Source: Chiloscyllium plagiosum (taxonomy: Eukaryota). Taken from it: a stretch of 64,000 nucleotides of DNA. This document shows, in pieces, positions 1 through 13,454 of this stretch (the stretch's first letter is position 1; each line of letters begins with the position of its first letter). The DNA is taken from positions 2,208,343-2,272,342 of the forward strand of contig NC_057760.1 in the NCBI RefSeq assembly GCF_004010195.1, given 5' to 3'. The translations under genes and the position numbers were made by a program. The notes under the pieces are model-generated. The model worked only from the letters and a program-made list of their open reading frames with translations, ran no database searches and had not been told where the DNA came from.

Positions 1-290
1 CCCAAGAGCGCAGCCTCAGAGCCAAGGGACGGCCTTTTAGAACTCAGATGAGGAGGAATTTCTTTAGCCAGAGGGTGGGGACTGTGTGGAACCCCAATGC
101 AGCAGAGGGCAAGTTGTTGAGTGTCTTTAACACCCAGGTAGATAGGTTCTTGATTAGTCAGGGAAACAAGGATAACAGGGAGAAGACAGGAAACTGGAGT
201 TTAAAAAACACATATCAGCCATGAATGAATGGTGGAGTAGATTTGATGGGCCAAATGGCCTAATCCCACTCCTAGATCTTAGGCTCCTTG
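1..290 (+). mobile_element. CR1 LINE 3' end fragment
   Basis: cagccatgaatgaatggtggagtagatttgatgggccaaatggcctaatcccactcct tail. Confidence 0.65.
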
Positions 291-726
291 TCACTTAAAA
301 ATGACCATTTATAAATCCCACTTTTCTTTCCTTCCCTGTACATTGTCCCTTCTGTTCAGGGATCCTCAATGCATGTTTGGGGGGGGGGGGGGGGGTTGGA
401 GGGGGGCAGAACCTGAGTATATCCAACCCCTCCCATTCCAGCATTGCCATTCAACCCCACCCCGCTCCACTAAACCCAGAGCTCCCCACTTCACCATCAC
501 TGGCTGGCTCCAGCTGAGAGGGGGCAGCACTGGGTTTAGTCCCGACGTGCCCCAGACCGGCCCGAGGCTCAGGTTGCGAGCGTGGATGCCAAGGGTGGAA
601 GGAACCGCAGAGCCCACACTCTACCCATCAGCCTGGTGAGAGTTCAAAATGCAGGAAAACCGTCAAGAGATGCAAGAATAGTCAGAGGTACAGAGGGCTC
701 AGAGCTCTTGGCAGCAGGTCACCTAC

Positions 727-905
727 TTGTATCCGATCTTGCGGGCATAATGACAGCAGACGTCTTTGACGTGGGTCTGGATGTGTGCAGCACGACAGAC
801 CCCTCCACATTCAGGGCAGATGTACGGTGACTTGCTCTTGTGTAGACGGTAGTGAGCAAAGAAGCTGCACTTTGTGGGGAGTAACATCTGACAGAGCTGA
901 CACAC
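727..905 (-). CDS. ZNF687: ZNF687 next coding exon (C2H2 fingers)
   Basis: ctag|GTG TGT CAG encodes [35 protein letters not shown]...HYARKIGY and ends AA|gtaggt. Phase 0 matches the upstream exon. The gene continues past the window start. Confidence 0.88.
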
Positions 906-1094
906 CTAGGCAAGGAGGAAGGATAGATATAAGGATTTAGCAGCTACACTCCAGTTTAACTCCGATCTACATCAAAACCAGCCCCACACCCAACTCTCTC
1001 ACACAGGGTTTCCAGTACACACAGCACTAACACCAAGAGCGCCGGGTCTTCTAACCCACAGGACACTTTTGGGAGAACAGTATTGCCTAGCATA

Positions 1095-1410
1095 ACAGGG
1101 CAACAGTGTGAGGGAGCTGGATTAACATCAGTAAAGATACAGTCAGGAACACAGGGCGCTGGGTAGGGTAGAGGGGTTACTGAGTGACAGTGTGAGGGAG
1201 CTGGATTAACATCAGTAAGGATACAGTCAGTAACACGGGGCACTGGGGGGTGGGGGGGTTACTGAATGGTAGTGCGAGGGAGCTGGATTATTGAGTGACA
1301 GTGTGAGGGAGCTAGATTAACATCAGTAGGGATACAGTCAGGAACACAGGGCGCTGGGGAGGGGTAGAGTGGGTACTGAGTGACAGCGTGAGGGAGCTGG
1401 ATTAACACTG
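1095..1410. repeat. Degenerate ~85-bp tandem repeat
   Basis: Repeated cagtgtgagggagctggattaacatcagtaaggatacagtcag. Confidence 0.8.
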
Positions 1411-1716
1411 GGAGAATGTGCAAACACCACACAGACAGTCACCCGAGGCGGAGATCGAATCTGAGACGCTGGCGTTGTCAGGCAGCAGTGCTAACCACTG
1501 AGCCACCGTGCGCTCGTGTCTGTGTGGGTTCCCTCCGGGTGCTCTGGTTTCCTCCCATAGTCACAAAGATGTGCAGGTTGAGGTGGATTGGCCATGCTGA
1601 ATTGCCCAGAGAGTTAGGTTCATTAGTCAGAGGGAGATGGGTCTGGGTGAGAGTCGGTGTGGACTGGTTGGGCCGAAGGGCCTGTTTCCACACTGTAGGG
1701 AATCTAATCTAATCTG
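1411..1716. mobile_element. Two HE1/V-SINE fragments in opposite orientation
   Basis: Minus-strand head to ~1511, then a plus-strand body ending in (aatct)n. Confidence 0.7.
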
Positions 1717-1924
1717 ATAACATCAGTAGAGATACAGGTCAGTAACAGGATGTTGGATTACTACTGTACCAAATTGGTTTGAAGAGTTTTTTTCTGTGAA
1801 ATCCTGATGATGTCATTCTGATTCACACATCAAGAATTTCCCATCTGAATGACGGGGTGGAAAATTTCCAAAATCCGTCTCCACTGAGTACCTCACTGAC
1901 CGGAGGAGAAAGTACCTCATCATT

Positions 1925-2246
1925 GTAGGATCCCTACAGTGTGGAAACAGGCCATTCAGCCCAACGAGACCACAGTGACCAGCTGAGGAGTAACCCACCC
2001 AGACCCATTCCCCCACCCTATTACTCTGCATTTACCCCTGACTAATGTACCTAATCTATACATCCCTGAACACTATGGGCAATTTAGCATGGCCAACCCA
2101 CCGTAACCTGCACATCTTTGGACTGTGGGAGGAAACCCACGCAGACACAGGGAGAATGTCCAAACTCCACACATCCTGAGGCTGGACTCGAATCCGGACC
2201 CCTAGTGCTGTGAGGAGGGCAGTGCTAACCACTGAGCCACCGTGCC
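1925..2246 (-). mobile_element. HE1/V-SINE (tRNA-derived)
   Basis: Reverse complement of GGCACGGTGGCTCAGTGGTTAGCACTGC with a B-box-like motif. Confidence 0.8.
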
Positions 2247-3205
2247 ATCTGTACACGATTGTCAGGACAAGACAGCATCGGCCTCTAACTGTGACCCCTT
2301 CCTGTCAACTCGCGTTCTGACCCAGGAGGCCAGACGTGCTCAGAAATGTGCCCATGGTCAGGGAGGCTAAGGAACGGGAGAGTGGGGCGGGTCACTACCT
2401 TCCCCCACCCCACTGAATGGGGGGGGCAGGACAGCTGGGCTCTGGACGGCTGACCAGGAGACCTCATCAAGGTCTTCACAGCTTTGAAAGGGCTTGTTAA
2501 GTAGAAGAGTGCATGTGCCACACGTTGGGTAAAGGGGGGTGTGGGGGGGAAGCATTGGGGGCGGTCAGTTCTAGGCTGCTATCAATGTCAGACAGTCTCT
2601 AATAAATCCCAATCGGAAATTCTGAGGAATACCTTCCCCCAGGGATTGCGGGAATGAGGACTCACTCCTATGGGGAGTTGGGGGGCAGCAGGTGCATGAT
2701 GGAGAATGGGGTACTCACTCCCTGGTGAGCAGTGGAACCGAGTTGGGGATTTGCTCTGGTTGGGATGGGGGGAGCAGGTTGAATGGGGTCTTCCCTCCCT
2801 TGGGGAGTGGTCACGGTGAATAGCACAGGAGGTGGGCGTTGCTGGATAAACTCACGAGACAGAAAGGAATGTCCGGATATGGGGAGAGGGGTGGGGGGTG
2901 AAGGGGGGGGGGGTGGGGGGTGAAGGTGGGAACAGAGAGGAGGCTTGCATGAGTGTGGAAGGCGGAGCAGATATCGAAGGGGTCAGAGTGGATGTGGGGG
3001 TTCGAGTGAATTCAAAGGGAGTGGGGTCCAGTTGTTCAACGTGTACACACGTGTCTCAGAAAGCTGCATACCCGGTGGCAGCATACAGTGCCTCAACTGG
3101 GAAGACAGGTGCGGGAGGCGAGGGGGTGGCAGGGGAGTTAGGAATGATACCAAAACCTCACCCTTCCCCATGCACCACCCCCCCCCCCCCCCCGCCCGCA
3201 CTCAC

Positions 3206-5338
3206 CTGGGCAGCAGCAGTGTTGTTGGTGGCACTGTCGGAGCTGGGGGAGCCGACCTGGAAGTGCAGTGCCAGCTCCAGCTGGTTGGCGAAGGGCTGGT
3301 CACACTCGGCGCAGTTGAAGTTGCTGCAGTTGATGAGGGCGGGGTCGGGGAACAGGGGCATCACCGGGGAGGAGCTGGCCTGGGAGCCGGCGTCCACAGC
3401 GGCGTTCCTGGGCCGGCTGGGTGCCAGTGCGGCAGACACGTCCGGCTGGCCGATCATCTGCTCCAGGCTGATGGTCTTCATGACCAGGTTGGAGCACTGC
3501 ATGACCAGCCCCTTGTCCTTGTGCTCGCGGGCGTGCTGCATTAGGCTGCAGCGGTTAAAGAAGACGATTCTCTTGGCGCAGTGGTTGCACGTCACGTCGA
3601 TCCTCATGCTGCGCCGGTCGTAATGCCGCGCCAGGCTCTTCTCCAGGGCGAAGGAGTCACCGCACTCCAGGCACCGGTAACCCAAGGGCGGCAGTGCCAG
3701 GCAGCTCTCCGCTGGTGGGTTGAGGTTGGGTTTGTAGGTGGGCAGCGGGTTCCTCCCATTCAGCAGCTTGTGAAAAGCCTCCACCAGGGGAGCGGCCGGG
3801 CTCCGAGAGGGACCCTGCCCTGGTTTCTGTGCCACCGCGCTACCCGGCGATTTGGTGGCCAGTTGGAGGGTGGTGGTGGTGGCAGACTTGGGCGCCAGGG
3901 ACAAGGGCCTGGCAGGGGTGGTCGCAGGGAGGGTCTGGGGCACCAGGTTCAGACTGGCCAAGTGGACGCTCTTGGAGACCGGCTTGGCAGCTGTGGCCGG
4001 GGACTTGGGCGGTGCCAGCGTGGCTTTCTGGGCGATGCTGGCGGCCATGAGCATGGCGGTGCTGGCGTTCTGGAAGGTGGACTTGGGCAGCACCGTCCCT
4101 TTGACCACAGTGCCGTTGCCCAGTTGCAGACTGACCACCTCGGGACCGTCACCGGGATCGGGAGCTGGGGGGGGCACCTCCGGGTCGGGAGGGAGCTGCT
4201 CTCCGCCTCTCTCGGCCTCTTCCTCTCCCTCGTGCCCTTCCTCCATGGGCTCCATCTCGCCCTCGGGCACCAGGCCATCTGTCTGGTCAGCCCGCGGCTC
4301 CGAATCGGACGAGACCCGGGTCACGGTTCGCATGATACCCCCCGTGGACGTCTTGATGGTCTTGATGCGCACCTTGAGGGGGCGGGAGGAGCTGGTGGAG
4401 GAGGACTCCTTGCTGCTGCTGCTGTCGTCGCTGGTCACACTCCGGGGGCTGCCGGCCTGCTGCTGTTGCTTCTTCCCCTGCTTGGGGCCAAGGCTCGGGG
4501 GGGAAGGCAGGCCGCACGGATTCCCTTTAGCCATCGCCGGGGACTCAGGGGGGCTTGGAGGCTGTGCCTCTGCCTCCCCTTCGGGGGACTTCACAGCGGC
4601 ACCCCCCGCCGCCCCCGAATCAGCGACGGGATCCGGCCAGAGAGCGGTGGGGCACTCAGGGGCAGCGAAGGTGATGCCATCACCCCTTGGCGCGTCGGGG
4701 AAGCTGCCCTCCTGGTCGCTGCTCTGCTCCATCTCCTCCGACTCCACCTCGGATTGCCTCTCCTCCTCCTCCTCCTCCTCCTCTTCCTCCTCCGCCAACT
4801 CCAGCTCGTCGTCCGAGGACGAAGACCCGACGGCTCCGTTTTCCTTCTCCTGCTCCTCGGCTTGGAGCTCGGAGGCCGCGGGGACAGGGAAGAGCGGTGA
4901 GCGAGGGGGGAAGGGAGGGGTCTGGTGCTCCCCCTCCTCGCTCCTCGCGGGCGGCTCAAAGGGAGGCAGGCCCTCCATTGCCTCAGGCCGGGCTGCTTTC
5001 AGCCAGCCCTGGCAGGCGGAGGCCTGGGACTCCGGTTCGGGGGAGTCGGGATTCGGTGCGGACTCGTAGCCGTTGTGCAGCACGCTGCTGTCGAAGTGGT
5101 GCGGCTCCTTCTGGTGGCCGGGCGAGCGTTTGGGGCTGACGCTGTGCTTGACGATCACGCTGACCACCGGTTCGTCCGGCAGGCTGGGGGCCAGCTCCAC
5201 CGACAGCGCCTTGCTGCTGGCCGTCTGCTTCAAGGGGGCTTCCTCTTGGCCCGACTCAATGCTGCCCTGGGGGTCCAAATCGGGGATATCGAAGGCTGCC
5301 AACAGGTCATCGAAATCAGGCGTCGTCATTTCGCCCAT
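3206..5338 (-). CDS. ZNF687: ZNF687 (ZNF532/592/687 family) large first coding exon
   Basis: Starts [20 protein letters not shown] (family N-terminal motif) and contains GYRCLECGDSFALEKSLARHYDRRSMRIDVTCNHC. Acceptor ctgcag| precedes exon start 5358; donor CAG|gtgagt follows 3206, phase 0. The paralog choice rests on linkage with SHE (both at human 1q21.3). Confidence 0.88.
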
Positions 5339-7003
5339 TATAGGGAGGCTAGTCAAACCTGCAGGGGACAGGGAGTGAGAGAACAGTAATTTCACATACT
5401 ACTGCGCTGGAACGTTCTACACTCCACTCTGAAACACTCCACCCTCCCCCCCCCCCCCCCTCGCTGTCGACTCTGTCTGGGCAGGTCATTACTGCCAGCT
5501 CTTCGACTGCTGAAGCCTCGCGAGCAGTCCCAACTGCTTTCTCGAACACCAGAAGGTTGCGGGAGAAACTCAGTGGGTCTGGCAGCTGCTGCGGAGAGAG
5601 AAAAACGCAGCTGAAGTTGTGAGCCTGGCCCCCAAAAAAAGGCACCTGGGCGGCTACACGAACAGGAAGGGTTTAGGGGGATATGGGCCAAGTGCTGGCA
5701 AATAGATTCATTTAGGATATCATTTTGGAGGCGGACCAAAGGGCCTGTTTCTGTGCTCGGCGACTCGATCTCTCTCTCTCCCCACAGATGCTGCCAGGAC
5801 CTGCTGAGTTTCTCCAGCAATTTCTGGTGTTGTTTGGGATTTACAGCAGCTTCATGCACCTGCCTTCTCCACATGGAAAAGGCTCTCTCCCCTCTGCACC
5901 CAGGGTCCCTCAGTCACCCAGCTGTCTCCTAAGCCTCGCAGGCTGAGTGTTTGAATACGAAGGTGTCTTCCACTCAAGGCAAAGGAGGCTTTCTTCCTCC
6001 CTCCCAGAGGGGTGGAGAGACAACGTCTAGGGGAACTCTCTTCCCCAGAGAATGATGGAGGTTGACTCATTGAATTCATTTTCAGGAAAAGACCTTGTGT
6101 TAGTCCAGAATCCGAGGTACCGCATGGAGGGGGGTGGTGGGGGTGTAACTGAAGTTGCGCTCACAACCAGATCTTGCTGAACAGGTTCGAGGGGCTAAAC
6201 AGCCTTACTCCCGTTGTTAATTCGAATGTAACTCAAGGGACAGTGATGGTAATCGTCCCTGGTTTGAATGGGTTTCTCGCACAGGCCGAACGCGACGTTC
6301 ACTAGTTGAGCAGGCACAGCAAGTGACTAATTAAAAAAAAAAAGGGGGTTAGAACCAGCGGTTCACTTCCCCGCTGGTTGACGCTCACTCCAGGGAAGCT
6401 GATGCTGTAACCCGATCTGAAGCCGGGCTCGGGCAGGCAAAACAAAGGCAGCTGCTTACCCTCGCATGTTGTCAAGGCACCTGGAGGCTGCGCTCTGTAT
6501 TGCTTTCACCCCTCGCTGGCTCACTGGGAAACCTCTGCCAAGCGATTCCGGCAATGGTGGGGGTGGAAGAGGGGAGGTCCCTGGGGGAACAGTCTAGTGG
6601 CAAGTTCTCACACCTTCTCCCCCCCCCCCCCCCGTTGAAACCAATCGTTGGGGTTTGCCTCTCACCACAGCCAGCAAAACCGAAACCTGGGGACGCAGGC
6701 CCATTGTTCAAAAACAGAACAATCAGAAGGGGAATATAAATCATCAGTCAACCTGGGGGGAGGGAGTTGGGATAGCTCCCCTGAGGACAACGGGCTGAAT
6801 GGCCTCTCTCTCTGCGCTGTGCAGCATTGATGGACTGATTTACAACTGTCTCAATGCTGGATATTGTGCACACGTTTGCATGTGCCTGTCAGGGGCTGTG
6901 GGATCCATGGGGCATTTGCAACGGATAAACCATCTGCTTGGCTGGCTGCGCGAGAGGACGCAGGGATGAGAGGCAGCCTCGCGTGAGGTTGCCATTGGGG
7001 ATG

Positions 7004-7037
<34 letters not shown>

Positions 7038-7159
7038 CCCATCCTTACCAAGTGCTACAAAATGAGTGGTCAGCCCCAGACCAGACTCCATCTCCCTCCA
7101 AACCCGGTGGTGAGTCGGATCGAGTTGCCTGGGGCCACAGTGACTGGGAAAGCATAGGC

Positions 7160-7355
7160 GGTCAGGCAGCATCCGAAAAGCAGGAGAGTCGACGTTTCAA
7201 GTACAAGCCGTTTGTCAGGAATGCCATTTATATCCTTTATTCCTGAAGAAGGGCTCATGCTCGACACTGCGACTCTCCTGCTCCTCGGATGCTGACTGAC
7301 CTGCTGCGCTTTTCCAGCACCACACTCTTCGACCCTGATCTGCAGTCCTCACTGT
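7160..7355. mobile_element. Inverted pair of PLE tails with degenerate hammerheads
   Basis: ggtcaggcagcatccgaaaagcaggagagtcgacgtttc is mirrored by gactctcctgctcctcggatgctgactgacc. Confidence 0.6.
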
Positions 7356-7744
7356 TAACCCGGAGACCTGGCGAGAGAGTACACACGGGATCCCATGACA
7401 AGCCACCGCCCACAACAGATAACACTTGTTGAATCACAGAACAGGGGGCCATTCGGCCTGCCGCGTCTGGTCAGGTCCCACCACACTCTCAGGCATTCCA
7501 GACCCTAACCCCTCACTGTGGGCAAAACAGTGGACAATCATGTTAAAATCCAGGTCTCTCTGCACATCCCTGAACCTCCCCCCGACACACACAGCAAACA
7601 TTTCAAGGCCACCACTCAGTGTGGTGCACTGTACAGGGACCTGCCTCTCAGCTAGGACTGAATCGGTTTACTTTCAGAACACCCCAGCAGGACAGGGCTT
7701 TGCTATCTAGCCCGTCGATGCCCCTCAGAGTCTTACACAACTAT

Positions 7745-8765
7745 ACCCCCTCTCGGTCAGCACCTCCAGCCCAGACAGCATCCTGGTAACCCTCCCTCAG
7801 CACCCTCTCTAGGTCACACCCTCTAGTACAGACAGCATCCTGGTATACCTCAATCAGCACCCTCTCTAGGTCACACCCCTCCAGCCCAGACAGCATCCTG
7901 GTATACCTCCCTCAGCACCCTCTCTAGGTCACACCCTCCAGTACAGACAGTATCCTGGTATACCTCCCTCAGCACCCTCTCTAGGTCACACCCTCCAGTA
8001 CAGACAGCATCCTAGTAACCCTCCATCAGCACCATCTCTAGGTCACACCCCTCCAGTACAGACAGTATCCTGGTATACCTCCCTCAGCACCCTCTCTAGG
8101 TCACACCCTCCAGTACAGACAGTATCCTGGTATACCTCCCTCAGCACCCTCTCGAGGTCACACCCTCCAGTACAGACAGCATCCTGGTATACCTCAATCA
8201 GCACCCTCTCTAGGTCACACCCTCCAGTACAGACAGCATCCTGGTATACCTCCCTCAGCACCCTCTCTGGGTCACACCCTCCAGTACAGACAGCATCCTG
8301 GTATACCTCCCTCAGCACCCTCTCTAGGTCACACCCTCCAGTACAGACAGCATCCTGGTATACCTCCCTCAGCACCCTCTCTAGGTCACACCCCTCCAGC
8401 CCAGACAGCATCCTGGTATACCTCCCTCAGCACCCTCTCTAGGTCACACCCTCCAGTACAGACAGTATCCTGGTATACCTCCCTCAGCACCCTCTCTAGG
8501 TCACACCCTCCAGTACAGACAGCATCCTAGTAACCCTCCCTCAGCACCCTCTCTAGGTCAGACCCTCCAGCCCAGACAGCATCCTGGTATACCTCAATCA
8601 GCACCCTCTCTAGGTCAGACCCCTCCAGCCCAGACAGCATCCTGGTATACCTCAATCAGCACCCTCTCTAGGTCAGACCCTCCAGCCCAGACAGCATCCT
8701 GGTAACCCTCTCTCAGTCACACCCTCCAGTACAGATAGTATCCTGGTAATCCTCCCTCAGCACCC
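7745..8765. repeat. ~57-bp minisatellite, ~17 copies
   Basis: Unit ccctccagtacagacagcatcctggtatacctccctcagcaccctctctaggtcaca; gives a 19-aa period in ORF 8043-8411. Confidence 0.9.
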
Positions 8766-10797
8766 TGTGTAGCGCGATCCAAATGTCTGTGTATGCACAG
8801 ACCCGCCAAGGTTGCGGGGCAGGGTGGTAAAGTGGTTATGGAGCAGTGGATGTGTTGAGGAGAAGTTACATTTGTCGAGTTTGAGGTGGTAACCAGCTGT
8901 GTCGAATGCTCTGTCTAAGCTGCTCGCCTGTATTGTGGGTCTGTGCTCATCGATCGGTGTGCAGACAATGGTGAGTTTGATCCCAGAAAATGCAACTACG
9001 TATGGACCTCCATTAGGCAGCAGGGAAAACTACAGGAACATCGCTTCTGACCCTCAGGATTCCAACCATTTCCCCACCACCGAGGTCAGACAGACCAGCA
9101 GGCCACAACATCACGCCCTCCTGCTCCTGAGGTTACTGCCCTCTCCAGACAATTGATGTGACAAGGAGGTAGGGTCCGGGGGGTGGGGGTGGGGGTTAAG
9201 GTGGGTCGCTTCCATCTTTGCATCAGTGTGGAAGCTCACTGAGGCGAGGTGACCTCCTGCCAACCACCATTGTAGTTAGGTTCACCTGCATCTGTCCAAG
9301 TTCCTTCCACAGCACAGCACTGGCCTTTTAAAACAATTAAGCAGGTCAGTAACTCAGCAGTCTGAATGGAAAAGGAGAAAAACACCCCAAGGTGCGAGGG
9401 GAGTCCCTGTGGTACGTGGCTCAGGGTCAAACCCCAGAGGTCTACCCTACCATCTGCAAACCGCTTGATTAAAACATTTCAAGCCATTCCGAGATGTTTG
9501 GTCCTGGCCAGAGGTACCAATCAGAGGCAGCAGATTTGGCCTTCGTCACCGTGACCATGTTCTCCAGTTTCTCTCCAGATTGTATCAAGCTTTCTGCTTC
9601 CCCTGAAGATTTCAGTGATCGCAGAACAAGTGTGACGGAACGTCATCGCCCCGTCACCAGTCCCTGGATTCTCACCCCACCACCACGGTTAAGCCATTTG
9701 AACCGACTGTGCCACAGTGTCTCTGACTGCAGCTGTTTCTCACTGCCCACTTTCCAGGCTCTGGTTCAGTCAGGCGACTCGCTCCATGCCTTCCATCTTT
9801 TTTTATTTCTAATGACCTGGAACACCACGTAACCAATAAATTAAACAGCTTGGCCAATTCGTTCGTTCTCGCCTTAACCCCCGTCACCAGTCCCTGGATT
9901 CTCACCCCACCACCACGGTTAAGCCATTTGAACCGACTGTGCCACAGTGTCTCTGACTGCAGCTGTTTCTCACTGTCCACTTTCCAGGCTATGGTTCAGT
10001 CAGGCGACTCGCTCCATGCCTTCCATCTTTTTTTATTTCTAATGACCTGGAACACCACGTAACCAATAAATTAAACAGCTTGGCCAATTCGTTTGTTCTC
10101 GCCTTAACCCTTCCAGCGTTCGCCTTTAACTGCCAACCTCTTCTACCCGAGTGTGATCAGATTCCAGGCCAGCCTTCCCACTTCCCTGACACCACCAGCA
10201 CCAACTTCACACCTCCCAGAATGTGTCACTTCCAGCACAGTGCTGGCTCGGGGCATGTCAATGGGTCCCTAGCTGCCAGGGAGATGCCGCGTTGGTCTAC
10301 AGTGTCAACATTGGAGTCAGAACTATTGGTTTCATTGCGGTGAGGAGCTTTGAGATCCGAACCACTTCCAGCCTTGCTGTGACTCTTGAACAATATGCCA
10401 ACCATCTCTCTTATAAAGAGCAGAGGTGCCCCCACTCCTGCATTTCAGTGACGCCTGGGCCCTGCCTGCTTTGCACAAACAATAACCCAACTACTTGGCT
10501 GAAGAGTTGGCAACAAGGCTCTCTTGCTAACCCAGCAGAACAGTTCTCTCGCAGACAGCCCAGAATTGTGAAACAAAGGAACAGAAGGTTTGCCGAACAG
10601 GTTTCCAGCACCATCAGTACAATCTCTCAGCACTTTGCCAACAGCAGACTCAGTTAAAACCAGGACTGGAAGAGCTACTCCAGACAGTGGAGAACAATTC
10701 CTGCTGCATCAAGTTAAAGAACATTTCAACACCGACAAAGCCTCAGACTCAAGCAACTCACCTCCCAAACGTACATTCAGAACGTGCCAATTCTTTC

Positions 10798-11190
10798 CAA
10801 CCCTGTGCTGTCCCTGCCCCGGGAGGGTTTGACTGGGGGGGGGGGGGGGGGGGGAACAGTGTAGGGGGNNNNNNCCCCATGCTGTCCCTGTCCCTGGGAG
10901 TGTTTTGATGGGGGACAGTGTAGAGGGAGCTTTACTCTGTATCTAACCCCGTGCTGTCCCTGTCCCCGGGAGTGTGTGATGGGGGAACAGTGTAGAGAGA
11001 GCTTTACTCTGTATCTAACCCCGTGCTGCCCCTGTCCTGGGAGTGTTTTAATGGGGGATGGTGTAGCGAGAGCTTTACTCTCAATCCAACCCCGTGCTGT
11101 CCCCGTCTTGGGAGTGTTTGGTGGGGGAGGGACACTTAGAGAGAGCTTTACCCGGTATTTAACCCTGTGCTGTCCCCGTCCTGGGGGTGT
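10798..11190 (+). repeat. ~65-bp minisatellite family
   Basis: Unit gtgctgtccctgtcctgggagtgtttgatggggacagtgtagagggagctttactctgtatctaaccc. Confidence 0.8.
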
Positions 11191-13454
11191 TTCAGAGTGG
11201 AGTAACAGCATAAAATGAAAGGCATGTTGAGAAGGATCCAAAAAGATGCGAGTTGTCGTGAACCAGGTTCTACAGTGATGGGGTTTGCAAAGATTCGGAT
11301 GCGAATCACAAGGTGAAGCATTTGGCTGGTTTCCCACTCGATCGGTGGTGTTTCTGACGGGACGAGACCGACACGCCACTACAACTCTCAGCTTCTGCAC
11401 CAATTCTACAGCTTAAAGTTTCTTGCCAAGGATTCGCAGCTCTAAAAGATCGCAGTAAATGGAAGAGCGAGGAAATCGCAAGGAACAGTGGGACACGTGC
11501 AGATTTTAACCGCGACGAGAATGGAGGTAACAGAGGGGCCACAGCTGCTCTTTCCCACACATTTCCTTTTGAGGAGTCAGGACATCCCACTACCGTTAGC
11601 TCCTCACCCAACAGACGGGAAGGGAGACAGTGCACAATTGGACACTGGACTGAGCAAACTGATGGGGTGCCAACTCCCCCAAAACCCGCAGCATCCGCCC
11701 GCCCACTCACTGTCAGAATCTACTCACTCTTTATAATCTCCATCCCTGGATTTGTAACAACGCTGGAGGATCAGCTTGGGAGAGGTTATTCCTCGTCATT
11801 CAGGCAAGACACTGCCTTACACAGCACTTCCTCTTGGCTGTCTGGCAGATCCCCCCCACCCCTGACACACACATATACACACACATACACATACCACCCC
11901 CCACCTCTTCCAGAAAGGAGCTCATGTAGCCCGTGACATCACCCATCCTGGCAGCAGCCCTCCTGGTTAAATCTCTCTCCCCTTCCCACCCCCCTCACGC
12001 TCATAGGCAAGATATTCAAAACAAGAGAGAGGCGTGTTACTGACAGAGCTGGGGGACAGGAGTTCGGAGCTGCACAGGGAGGAGATGTTTGCACAGAGGA
12101 AGCTACCTCTAGGCTTCCTAACCCTTAATTGCAATGATACAAACAAGAGTCAACCAGCCAGGGTGTTTTTCATATTTGCTGGTTTTTTTGAAACAAAGAA
12201 AGAAAGGGGTTGAGCATCGAGTGTTTGGGTGGTGTTAACGGAGAGAGAGCGAGAGAGCGAGAGAGCGAGAGACACACAGAGACACACACACAAAGAGAGA
12301 GAGAGAGATACACAGACACAGAGAGAGAGAGAGAGAAAGGCACACACACAACAAACAGAGAGACAGAGCCAAAATTGATCAGTGAGAATTCCCACTCCCC
12401 AAAGACACTGGCTGGAAGGTGGGTCAGCCACCTCTGACCACTCGGTCACCAGATCATAGACGCTCCAGGGTCACCCTGTCCGAATAAACTCCCCATGGGA
12501 ATTTCCTTCTCGCTGACGTACACCCCAGTGGGACACAAAAAAAACAGTAGTTCACAAACACCACCATATCCTGGGGAATGAGTCATCACTTACGTGGAGG
12601 AGGTTGCGAGGTGGGGGTGGGAAGATGCTTGATAATGGCTATGGAGGGAGTGTGCAAGTGAGGAGAGCGAAGAGTAAGATGTGAGCTGTAGCTGGGGGGT
12701 TGGGGGTGTGGGGTGTGTGGAGGAGAGAGCATGCGTGTGTGCACAGGGTTGCAATTCCAGCCAATGACTCACAGCAGGCTGTTCCACATCCATGCCAACC
12801 TGTCAAATGCAACAAGCAGCAGCAGGTAAACAGCACCCAGGCCCAGAGGGAGAATGGTCCTGACGCCCAGGGTCCCACTCTCTGGAATTCCCTCCCTAAA
12901 CCTGGAAACCTGCTGGAGCCAGGCACGTTGGAGGCTATCGGATGGTCTTTTGGGACAAAATAACGTGCAAGGGGATTGGAACACTGGAGAAAGCTGACAC
13001 TGGTCGGGATGTTTGTTTAACACATCAGTGCAGGCACGGTGGGCCAAATGGCCTCTCTCTGCAATTCTGTAAACCCATTCATTCTCACCCTTCCTCTCTC
13101 TCTCTGACCCAGCAGCTCCATGTGTGGCTGGCAGTGAGATCTGATCCTATAGCATTCCTGGGACACAATGTTAAAAGGCACTGCATCATAGAAGTTGTTG
13201 TTGTTTTGAAACAGATACAATGGGGGAAGGGGAGGGGTCTGGGATCCAATCCCAAAGTATTTACAGAAGTGGGGAACAGCAAGGAGGTCAGGCATCAGGG
13301 GAGAACAAGGACTTTTCAATCTGATCAATGGCACAAGACGGATCTAGGAGATGGCAAAGCAGATATAGGTTAGTGTCAGGGTGCAGGTTATTACCCAGAG
13401 TATGCCGGGAGAAGGCTCTGCCACAGAGAGAGGGAGAAGGGGACCCACTGACAG

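Noticed and set aside
3581..5389. Long plus-strand ORFs (439, 405 and 154 aa)
   Set aside because: Antisense shadows of the GC-rich ZNF687 exon with no recognisable domain.
5339..5395. N-terminal extension of the 745-aa ORF, and its tail at 3158-3205
   Set aside because: These cross the splice acceptor at 5358/5359 and the donor at 3205/3206; they are UTR or intron.
6353..6379. 9-bp perfect hairpin AACCAGCGG/CCGCTGGTT
   Set aside because: A short isolated stem can arise by chance in 64 kb and has no supporting context.
8043..8411. Repetitive 122-aa ORF or CRISPR-like array
   Set aside because: Contiguous tandem units with no unique spacers; a CR1-derived minisatellite in eukaryotic DNA.
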